Program-made: the position numbers and the translations under genes | Shown: in pieces, positions 8,157-14,660 of the stretch | How positions within the stretch are numbered: the stretch's first letter is position 1 | How the letters are laid out: every line of letters begins with the position of its first letter | Source of the DNA: an uncultured Candidatus Peribacteria bacterium | GTDB lineage: Bacteria > Patescibacteriota > Gracilibacteria > UBA1369 > UBA12470 | Direction: 5' to 3' | Assembly: GCA_964538865.1 (NCBI GenBank) | Contig: CAZIHU010000006.1 | Coordinates: forward strand, 26,059-66,058 | DNA: 40,000 bases | Notes under the pieces: model-generated | Told to the model about the DNA's origin: nothing | Seen by the model: the letters and a program-made list of their open reading frames with translations, nothing else | Database searches by the model: none

Positions 8157-8184
8157 GCAATCTGCAAGTTGCAAGTTGCAAACT
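8157..8184. repeat. Heptamer array TGCAATC TGCAAGT TGCAAGT TGCAAAC (4 units)
   Basis: Read directly. It ends 5 nt from the yhhQ stop codon (8190). Confidence 0.85.
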
Positions 8185-8189
8185 AAAAA

Positions 8190-8924
8190 TCATTCATCAT
8201 CTTCAAGCTTGTGCAACATTTTCCCAAACCACGACGAACGTTTTTTCAAATAATCCGACTCAAAACACGGCAGCTTACTCAAGTAGATAAACGGTGTATC
8301 GATAGCCGCAACAACGATCTTTATTATCCAAGTAAACAAAATAATCGACCAAATCGCCTCGAATCCGGGCACCCCATAAAACGCCAGCATCGTAAACACA
8401 GTGCTATCAATAAACTGTGAAATAAAAGTCGAACCATTATTCCTAAGCCACAGCATCTTGCCCTTCGTCTTCTGCTTAATTTTATCAAAAAGATAAATAT
8501 CCAAATTCTGCGAAATCAAATAAGCAATCATACTCGCTCCAACAATCCTCGGTGAAAGCGTAAATAAAGTCTCAAAAGCACCCTGCGCAAAATCCCAATC
8601 ATTCGGCGCATACTTGAGCATAAATTGAGTCATAATCAAAAAGAAAACCGACGCAAAAAACCCAATCAACACCGCCTTAAAAGCCTGCTTTTTCCCATAA
8701 TGCTCAGCAAGCAAGTCAGTACACAAGAAAACCGACGCATAAAGCACATTTCCTCCCGTTGCAGCCAGCCCAAAAAGATCAACTTGCTTCATTACAAAAA
8801 CATTCATCAGCACAACATTCACAGCAATCAAAGCCATAAGCCACTTCCGCCCCATCCGAAACGCAAAAAGCGCCATCGTAAGCCCTACAAGAGCCTGCAG
8901 AATAAAAAGAGTTTCGTTCGACAT
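8190..8924 (-). CDS. yhhQ: Queuosine-precursor (preQ0/preQ1) transporter, YhhQ/Vut (DUF165) family
   Basis: The 244-aa protein is polytopic. Family-typical motifs are GGNVLYASVFLCTDLLAEHYGKK, PRIVGASMIAYLISQNLDIYLFDKIK and WLRNNGSTFISQFIDSTVFTMLAF. The start is ATG. Confidence 0.75.
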   Translation of the reverse strand: MSNETLFILQALVGLTMALFAFRMGRKWLMALIAVNVVLMNVFVMKQVDLFGLAATGGNVLYASVFLCTDLLAEHYGKKQAFKAVLIGFFASVFFLIMTQFMLKYAPNDWDFAQGAFETLFTLSPRIVGASMIAYLISQNLDIYLFDKIKQKTKGKMLWLRNNGSTFISQFIDSTVFTMLAFYGVPGFEAIWSIILFTWIIKIVVAAIDTPFIYLSKLPCFESDYLKKRSSWFGKMLHKLEDDE

Positions 8925-8955
8925 GTTTGTTTTTGGTTAAAAATATTCGAGTGAG

Positions 8956-8984
8956 ATTTTACCATCACCTACCGATTTAATGAA
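8956..8984 (-). promoter_or_regulatory. Candidate promoter of yhhQ (TTCATT - 17 nt - TGgTAAAAT)
   Basis: The minus strand reads ..gTTCATTaaatcggtaggtgaTGGTAAAATctcac... The -10 lies about 32 nt upstream of the ATG at 8924. Confidence 0.45.
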
Positions 8985-9021
8985 ACTTTTCAGTAGTAAT
9001 CTGCCTCGCGACCGTGTGACA

Positions 9022-9408
9022 TCATCGCTTATAGATAACCCCTATCATACCAACAGCTGTAACCATATCCAATTCCGGCGACTGCAAAACCCACTCCTCA
9101 AAATCACATCCTTGAGCAAGTCCAACCCGAATCTCCTTCAGAAATTTATCAAAATGCAAATAAACATAACTGCAAACCTCCAAAAAAAATAAAATCTCTT
9201 CATCCACAACAGAAGCAGGACATTGCCGCCTCATAGCCTGATAAAAACCCTCCACCACCTCGCTTGTAAGATAATTCGCCATATCAAAAAACTTAAACAT
9301 TTTTCCAGCATCCCCATCAAGCAACAGAAACAACCCCTCAGCCAATTTCTTGGAATAAGGAAGCATGCGTTCTTCATCAAATTCTGGAGGATCAAGAGTA
9401 TCAGTCAT
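9022..9408 (-). CDS. Hypothetical protein (128 aa from ATG 9408; the ORF is open to TTG 9513)
   Basis: The ORF track gives 9022..9513, but that start is a TTG abutting the GC-rich palindrome. The first 35 codons run over hairpins (CCCGC-GAA-GCGGG at 9470..9484) and a candidate promoter (TTGCTG..TGaTAAATT). I prefer MTDTLDPPEFDEE.. at 9408. I recognise no family. Confidence 0.5.
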   Translation of the reverse strand: MTDTLDPPEFDEERMLPYSKKLAEGLFLLLDGDAGKMFKFFDMANYLTSEVVEGFYQAMRRQCPASVVDEEILFFLEVCSYVYLHFDKFLKEIRVGLAQGCDFEEWVLQSPELDMVTAVGMIGVIYKR

Positions 9409-9517
9409 AACAATATTCGTTACGGGCACGTAATTTATCACAATTTTAGCGAAAACAGCAAAGCACTTGTCCCGCGAAGCGGGGAAAACACCACAGATGC
9501 CGCCAGACATCAAGCAG

Positions 9518-9548
9518 CGCTCGAAGAGCCCGCCTGCCGGCAGGCAGG
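9518..9548. repeat. 31-nt GC-rich palindromic element, copy A (core GCCTGCCGGCAGGC)
   Basis: CGCTCGAAGAGCCCGCCTGCCGGCAGGCAGG is identical to 14531..14561. The perfect 14-nt palindrome is at 9532..9545. It lies about 80 nt 3' of the stop of the 9627..13931 gene and acts as a likely terminator-type hairpin. Confidence 0.8.
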
Positions 9549-9590
9549 CGCAATACTAATAACCCGTTTTGCGATAGCAAAACTCCACCC

Positions 9591-9632
9591 ACTAGGGACT
9601 AGGTACTAAGTACTAAGTACTAGGTACTACCC
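9591..9632. repeat. Heptamer array ACTAGGG ACTAGGT ACTAAGT ACTAAGT ACTAGGT ACTACCC (6 units)
   Basis: Read directly. The last unit contains the stop codon (CTA at 9627..9629 on plus, TAG on minus) of the giant gene. It is preceded by the hairpin GTTTTGC-GATA-GCAAAAC (9566..9583). Confidence 0.9.
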
Positions 9633-12149
9633 CAGTCTATCAATCATCCCCTTCTCCACCTCATGCTGCTTTCGTGCTTTCTTGTAGAGAATGAACGCAC
9701 CTGCAAGCACGAGTAGAGAAACTCCAATCAACGGTAAATATGGAAATTTGTCTTCTTCTTCGGCTTCAGCCGCAACCGGATGTGTGCCTTCAACATCCGC
9801 CACACTGGTCAGCCCCTCAGCACCAACTGTGAAGTTCACCATCATCGTTTCACCTTTTACACCTTCTTCATCTTCTGGATACATATAAACAACGTGTTCC
9901 CCCGGCTCATCATAAAGCTCGCCCGGCGCCTCAACGATGAACTCACCGGTCTCAATATCAGCAACAAGCACAGACGACAACGTCATACTTTGCCACGTCG
10001 CATAAACTATCGATCCCGGCTCCGTCTTACCAGCAACAGATTCCGAATTTACAAACTCCTCAACCTCAACCTTCGCAGCTTCAATCTCCTTATCAACTTT
10101 AAAAGTACTAACAGTCGATATATCAGTAGCATTTCCATCCTCATCAGCCACAACTATCATCATCTGATATTCTCCACTTTCCAGAAGCTCCTCATCAATA
10201 TTCGCAGCAACTTTACCTTGAGCATCAGCAGTAGTTTCTACAGTAGCCACAGGATTTCCATCCGCATCCAAAACCATAATCACAGCAGTCGAATCAGGCT
10301 CCGCCACCGCTTTTACAAAAACATCAGATGTATAAACCTCATCTTCCTTCATATTCGTAACACTAGCCTTAATTTCCTCAACATAATCCACGCTATTCGG
10401 ATCCATACCATACTCAATCTCCTCAATATCCGTAAACCCATCTCCATCCGAGTCAGCACTAGCAGGATCAGTCCCGTTCTTTATCTCCATATAGTCACTC
10501 ACCCCATCGCCATCGCTATCGGCTGATTCCGCATACACATCCGTATCAACTTCCACAATATTATCCTTTTCTGTCGGAGAAGTACCCGCCGCTAATTCAT
10601 CCACATCCGCAATACCATCACCATCCGTATCATAACTCAATGGATCCGTACCAAGATATTGCTCCATTGTATCGCTCACACCATCACCATCCGAATCCGA
10701 ATCGGTAGGATCCGTACCGCTCACATACTCATCGTAATCGCTCACACCATCCTCATCTGTATCAAGTGCCTTCGCAGTTTCAGCATCGATATCCATATCA
10801 ACCTCCAATATATCTAGCATCCCGTCACCATCGCTATCAGAAAAAGCCTGCTCTATCACCTCTGCTACTTCTTTTTCTACAAAATCTTGTACCGCTTCTA
10901 TAGTTTCTTCTGATTCAAAAATCACTGCCGCACTTTTTTGTAAAACAAGAGGTTCTTGCGTGTCTATTTCGACCTCTATCACAATTTCCTCCTCACCCTC
11001 AACTATAGTTAAAGTTGCCAAACCTTGCGCCAAATCTATCATCTCTGCTGCTTTTTCAACAACCACTTCAGTCTCCTCTTCGACCACCTCCTCCTCCGGA
11101 GCAGCCTCATATGCCTCCACTACCGGCTGATAATATATAACTTCAGCAGGTTCTTCTTCGACAATCTCTTCGTAAACCTCCTCGGAAACCTCTATCTCCA
11201 CTCCTGTTGGAAGCCAGACTGTCTCCTCCTCTTCCTCAGAATCATCCGCGACCGTCTCAACAACTTCGTCACTCTCTTCAGTTGATTCTTCCTCGCCTGC
11301 CAAAACCGTGTCAGATTCCTCTTCAGAAGAAGATTCCGTCGTTGATGTGTCGCTTGTGAATTCGCTTGATTCTGTCGAAGTTGATGTCGAAGAATCCCCA
11401 CCTCCGCCTCCTCCGCCTCCCCCACCTGTCGCAGCTCCAAAATAAGGATCATCCGTATCCTCGGTAGTAAATGTAGAAGTACTGCTCGTCAAACTATTCC
11501 CAAAATCATCAACAGCTTTTACATAAAAATCATAACCGGTCCCTTCAGAAAGGCCCGTAATAACCATGCTGGTTGTTGTCATCGTTGTATCTTCACCATA
11601 CAGAGCGTAAGAAGCAGCACTGGAAAGCTTGTAATAAACCTGATATTTATTCCAATTGGTCTCGGTTGTTATAGCATCCCAGCCTAGTGTGAATGAATCG
11701 TAAGTCATTCCTGCACTTGAGAGGGTTGTGAGCCCCCCTGAAGGCGCCACATTATCAAGTGTGAATGTTGTTCCGGTGCCTGTTGTTCCCGTCCCTGTAC
11801 CATCATAAATAAGTACTCTGAACTGGGCCGTCGAAAGATCTGCAGTTGCTTCATCAGTAGCGCTAGCCCAAGTTGCTGTTATCGTATTTACTCCTGATGA
11901 TGTTGTGATATATCCATTGCTATTTCCCAGCTGATGGACATTGTCGTTTTCGACATTGAAATTGCCATATGTTGCTGACGTTCCACTCGTCTCGGACATC
12001 GTAGCTTTGGTCCAACTACCTCCTGCGTAATACTCAACATAAGCCTGCAGAGTATCGTCGTCGTCTGCATCGTCCACCACCATAGAAATCGTCACCTGTC
12101 CACTCCCATCGGTTGCCCCTGTACCCGTTACACCCGAGATTGTCGGCAC
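9627..12149 (-). repeat. Shared C-terminal cassette (aa 595-1434), copy in paralog 1
   Basis: From VPTISGVTG.. to the stop, it is collinear and highly similar to aa 1285-2145 of the 14661..21083 gene. Long identical nucleotide runs include 9638..9695 = 14669..14726 (58 nt) and about 49 nt starting at 11651 = 16747. Confidence 0.9.
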
Positions 12150-13931
12150 CGTATTAAAACTCCAGTTCGTATTAAACCCACCATCATTCGAGTTATCCCC
12201 GGGATCTATCGCACTACCGCCACTCGCATCGGAATACCAAACATCCACCCAATCTATACTCGTCGATCCATTAACAATCAAATTCCACACGGAAGCAGCA
12301 GTACTATTAAGCTCTATTAAATTGCCATCAGCACCTGTTAACGTAAACGTACCACCCACACCCATAGTTTGCGTTGATCCTGCGGTAAAATTTATATTTT
12401 TATCCGCTGTAGTACATGTGAAATCATAAAAAGTTGTGTTTCCGGCAATAGTTGATTGCTGAGTTGCATCATTAAAAGTAACCGTCCCTTGTTGAGCCGT
12501 AAAAGTATCACTATTTGTAAAATTATGACCGATTGTGAGGTCATAATGCGAACCGGTCACATCTAGCGTCCCTGCCGTAATGGTCAAATCATTTGCTATC
12601 ACAAGATTCGAACCAGCACTAACAGTATTACCGGATGAATTAATAACAACATTATAAAGAGTATCCGTTATTTCCAAATTAGCAGTACCCGTCAAAGTAA
12701 TCGTGCCATCATTATGCGTAAAAGTTCCCCCATACTGCGCAAAATTAGCTGCCACAGTCGTTATACTGGAAGTAGCCGTATACACCCCACTATCTAGCCT
12801 AAAACTACCATTGATTGGACGAGAACCACTATCCGAAAGCGTATCCACAGCATCAGTCATATTCACCTTTAACCCAAAATACGTCCAATCTTTAAGCGTA
12901 TAATCAGTCTGCGACGCATCCCCATTCCCAACATACTCAACAGTCCCACTATTCGTATCATTAGTTAAATTAATCGTTTCATTCCCTAGAATCCGCAACG
13001 TACCGTTATTACTAAAAGTACCACCTGTCGCAGAAAGCGTATTACCGGCAGTAGCAAGAATCCCTGCAGTAATAGTGAGATCCTGACTCGCCGCATCCAT
13101 ATTCAAATCAGATGCAAGAATAACCGATCCACCAGCTTTATTAACCGATATCACAACATCCAAATTATCCGACGCATCACCATCAACGTTCAAATCAAAA
13201 GTTTGATTCGCACTAGGATGTGTGAAATTAAGAAGTGCACTACCACCGGCATCAGCACCCATCAATACACTCACATTACCTTGTGCATTTAAGGTCCCAT
13301 TATTGGCAATACCATTATCAAATATCAAAGTCCCCAAAACATTTATCGTGTCTCCACTAAAAGCAAGTGTCCCGTTTTTCTTAATAGTCAAATTATAAAA
13401 CGTTTCCGATGAATCAACATCCCATGTCGCACTATTACCATCCGCATAAACAGAACCGTTATTATGATTAAAAGTGCCACCAGCCGTATGCGTAAAAGCA
13501 CCCTCAATATCCATTATGCCTGAAGTTGAAGTAAAAACACCTCCACTTAAAGTCCAAGTACCATTAATAGAAAACCACGTATTACCACCAACAAAATTTC
13601 CATCTGCTTGATCATAACCACTGGCACCTAACAAAACCTCTACGCCAGTCGCCTGCGTAATAGTTTGGGTATAACCGGAATTAATATCAATCCCACCAAC
13701 ATTGATATTCGCATCAATCGTACAATTAACATCCCCGGTCCCATCAAACGTCGCCACATCACCAGTCCCTGGCGCTGTCCCACCAGCCCAATTCCCATCT
13801 GTACTCCAATCATTATCAACATCTCCTTCCCAAACTATAGCCGCAGCCCACGCTGTCTGAGCAGAAAACAAAACCACGCTCGAAATAGCGATCAATAACG
13901 TTGCTTTCAAAATTCGGCACAAGTTTTTCAT
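9627..13931 (-). CDS. Giant surface adhesin-like protein, paralog 1 (signal peptide, beta-helix passenger, FN3, TSP3-type Ca-binding repeats, Ig-like domains, C-terminal membrane anchor)
   Basis: The ATG start is followed by a signal peptide (MKNLCRILKATLLIAISSVVLFSAQTAWA). The N-terminus IVWEGDVDNDWSTDGNWAGGTAPGTGDVATFDG plus long G/T/N-rich repeats is typical of parallel beta-helix passengers. An FN3-like module follows (LDNVAPSGG..YDFYVKAVDDFGNS), then poly-Gly, an E/V-rich acidic spacer and DxDxDG repeats (DSDGDGVSDYDEY..DTDGDGIADVDE..). It ends in a hydrophobic anchor plus KKARKQ tail. Confidence 0.9.
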   Translation of the reverse strand: MKNLCRILKATLLIAISSVVLFSAQTAWAAAIVWEGDVDNDWSTDGNWAGGTAPGTGDVATFDGTGDVNCTIDANINVGGIDINSGYTQTITQATGVEVLLGASGYDQADGNFVGGNTWFSINGTWTLSGGVFTSTSGIMDIEGAFTHTAGGTFNHNNGSVYADGNSATWDVDSSETFYNLTIKKNGTLAFSGDTINVLGTLIFDNGIANNGTLNAQGNVSVLMGADAGGSALLNFTHPSANQTFDLNVDGDASDNLDVVISVNKAGGSVILASDLNMDAASQDLTITAGILATAGNTLSATGGTFSNNGTLRILGNETINLTNDTNSGTVEYVGNGDASQTDYTLKDWTYFGLKVNMTDAVDTLSDSGSRPINGSFRLDSGVYTATSSITTVAANFAQYGGTFTHNDGTITLTGTANLEITDTLYNVVINSSGNTVSAGSNLVIANDLTITAGTLDVTGSHYDLTIGHNFTNSDTFTAQQGTVTFNDATQQSTIAGNTTFYDFTCTTADKNINFTAGSTQTMGVGGTFTLTGADGNLIELNSTAASVWNLIVNGSTSIDWVDVWYSDASGGSAIDPGDNSNDGGFNTNWSFNTVPTISGVTGTGATDGSGQVTISMVVDDADDDDTLQAYVEYYAGGSWTKATMSETSGTSATYGNFNVENDNVHQLGNSNGYITTSSGVNTITATWASATDEATADLSTAQFRVLIYDGTGTGTTGTGTTFTLDNVAPSGGLTTLSSAGMTYDSFTLGWDAITTETNWNKYQVYYKLSSAASYALYGEDTTMTTTSMVITGLSEGTGYDFYVKAVDDFGNSLTSSTSTFTTEDTDDPYFGAATGGGGGGGGGGDSSTSTSTESSEFTSDTSTTESSSEEESDTVLAGEEESTEESDEVVETVADDSEEEEETVWLPTGVEIEVSEEVYEEIVEEEPAEVIYYQPVVEAYEAAPEEEVVEEETEVVVEKAAEMIDLAQGLATLTIVEGEEEIVIEVEIDTQEPLVLQKSAAVIFESEETIEAVQDFVEKEVAEVIEQAFSDSDGDGMLDILEVDMDIDAETAKALDTDEDGVSDYDEYVSGTDPTDSDSDGDGVSDTMEQYLGTDPLSYDTDGDGIADVDELAAGTSPTEKDNIVEVDTDVYAESADSDGDGVSDYMEIKNGTDPASADSDGDGFTDIEEIEYGMDPNSVDYVEEIKASVTNMKEDEVYTSDVFVKAVAEPDSTAVIMVLDADGNPVATVETTADAQGKVAANIDEELLESGEYQMMIVVADEDGNATDISTVSTFKVDKEIEAAKVEVEEFVNSESVAGKTEPGSIVYATWQSMTLSSVLVADIETGEFIVEAPGELYDEPGEHVVYMYPEDEEGVKGETMMVNFTVGAEGLTSVADVEGTHPVAAEAEEEDKFPYLPLIGVSLLVLAGAFILYKKARKQHEVEKGMIDRLG

Positions 13932-13957
13932 GAAAAAATGTATAATTATTTCTAGTA

Positions 13958-13986
13958 ATTATACCACATTTACGGGTTTGGATCAA
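13958..13986 (-). promoter_or_regulatory. Promoter of paralog 1 (TTGATC - 17 nt - TGgTATAAT)
   Basis: The minus strand reads ccTTGATCcaaacccgtaaatgTGGTATAATtac. The -10 ends 26 nt upstream of the ATG at 13931. Confidence 0.65.
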
Positions 13987-14030
13987 GGGTGCTGTAATGC
14001 ACAAAGAGGCCTAAAGATTCTTTAAGGGCA

Positions 14031-14058
14031 TTGACACATCGCAGTAACTAGGTATAAT
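14031..14058 (+). promoter_or_regulatory. Near-consensus sigma70-type promoter (TTGACA - 16 nt - TATAAT) for 14089..14499
   Basis: ggcaTTGACAcatcgcagtaactaggTATAATaagg. The -10 ends 30 nt upstream of the ATG at 14089. It is divergent from the paralog 1 promoter. Confidence 0.7.
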
Positions 14059-14088
14059 AAGGTCTCGAAATAATCTAACCCAAAAACT

Positions 14089-14499
14089 ATGCGTACTTCA
14101 GATCAACCAAGCTACGATGACCTTGAATACCCTCTGGAAGTAACTATCGAAGGCATCGATCAACAAAATGCCCAAGCAGCATGGGCCAAACTAGCAGAAG
14201 AAACTCATTATATAGACCAAACACTGCGAGGCCCCAAGCACACATTTTATTGCACCAATGACTCCCCAGATCCAAGTAAAGCTGGCTATTTTATTGGGAT
14301 TTTTGCTCCAGGTAGTGACCCAAACAAAGACGCTAGTTTAGTTGACTTATTTCTTGTACAAAACGAGGATGGAACACTCAGCGTAATCCAGCCAAATGTA
14401 AACGCCGAACTCGGAGAAACCAGCTTATTAGCCCAGGAAATAGATCCCTTCCTGGATCAAATTGCAAACAGCACCCGGAAACATTCGGAAGAAGGATAG
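14089..14499 (+). CDS. Hypothetical protein (136 aa)
   Basis: It has an ATG start, a consensus promoter upstream and a GC-rich palindrome downstream. It is the only complete plus-strand gene in the window. I recognise no family. Confidence 0.6.
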   Translation: MRTSDQPSYDDLEYPLEVTIEGIDQQNAQAAWAKLAEETHYIDQTLRGPKHTFYCTNDSPDPSKAGYFIGIFAPGSDPNKDASLVDLFLVQNEDGTLSVIQPNVNAELGETSLLAQEIDPFLDQIANSTRKHSEEG

Positions 14500-14530
14500 A
14501 GACAGAGAACGAAGCGATCCCCGAGCCCAA

Positions 14531-14561
14531 CGCTCGAAGAGCCCGCCTGCCGGCAGGCAGG
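14531..14561. repeat. 31-nt GC-rich palindromic element, copy B
   Basis: Identical to 9518..9548, with the core palindrome at 14545..14558. It lies between the convergent genes 14089..14499 (+) and 14661..21083 (-) and is a likely bidirectional terminator hairpin. The flanking U-tracts are weak. Confidence 0.8.
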
Positions 14562-14573
14562 GCGAAAAACAAT

Positions 14574-14657
14574 CATATCCCACATTCCACATTCAAAATT
14601 CAACATTCGACATTCCACATTCAAGATTCGAAATCCGAAATCCGATATTCCAAATTC
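14574..14657. repeat. Heptamer array, 12 units of the NNNATTC family
   Basis: CATATCC CACATTC CACATTC AAAATTC AACATTC GACATTC CACATTC AAGATTC GAAATCC GAAATCC GATATTC CAAATTC. It is in register and ends 3 nt before the stop codon at 14661..14663. Confidence 0.9.
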
Positions 14658-14660
14658 CAA

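Noticed and set aside
8925-8990. preQ1 riboswitch upstream of the yhhQ transporter gene. This is a common association, and the A-rich tail UUAACCAAAAACAAAC resembles the preQ1-I 3' tail.
   Set aside because: The same A-rich motif precedes unrelated genes (7031..7046, 31242..31251). The only stem I can draw (GGTAAAAT/ATTTTTAACC) overlaps the predicted -10 box. I see no conserved CCC or loop features. It needs a covariance-model scan to exclude it fully.
9409-9513. N-terminal extension (TTG 9513 / ATG 9510) of the 9022..9408 hypothetical gene.
   Set aside because: The extension runs across a GAA-triloop hairpin and a candidate promoter, and it abuts the GC-rich palindrome. The extension sequence (MMSGGICGVFPASRDKCFAVFAKIVINYV) looks non-genic. 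This is not proven.
11393-11425. Poly-glycine tracts (also 846..872 and 16488..16523) as slipped-strand phase-variation sites.
   Set aside because: They are encoded by mixed GGN codons (e.g. ccacctccgcctcctccgcctcccccacc) rather than by a homopolymer or a perfect short tandem repeat, so slippage-driven frameshifting is unlikely.
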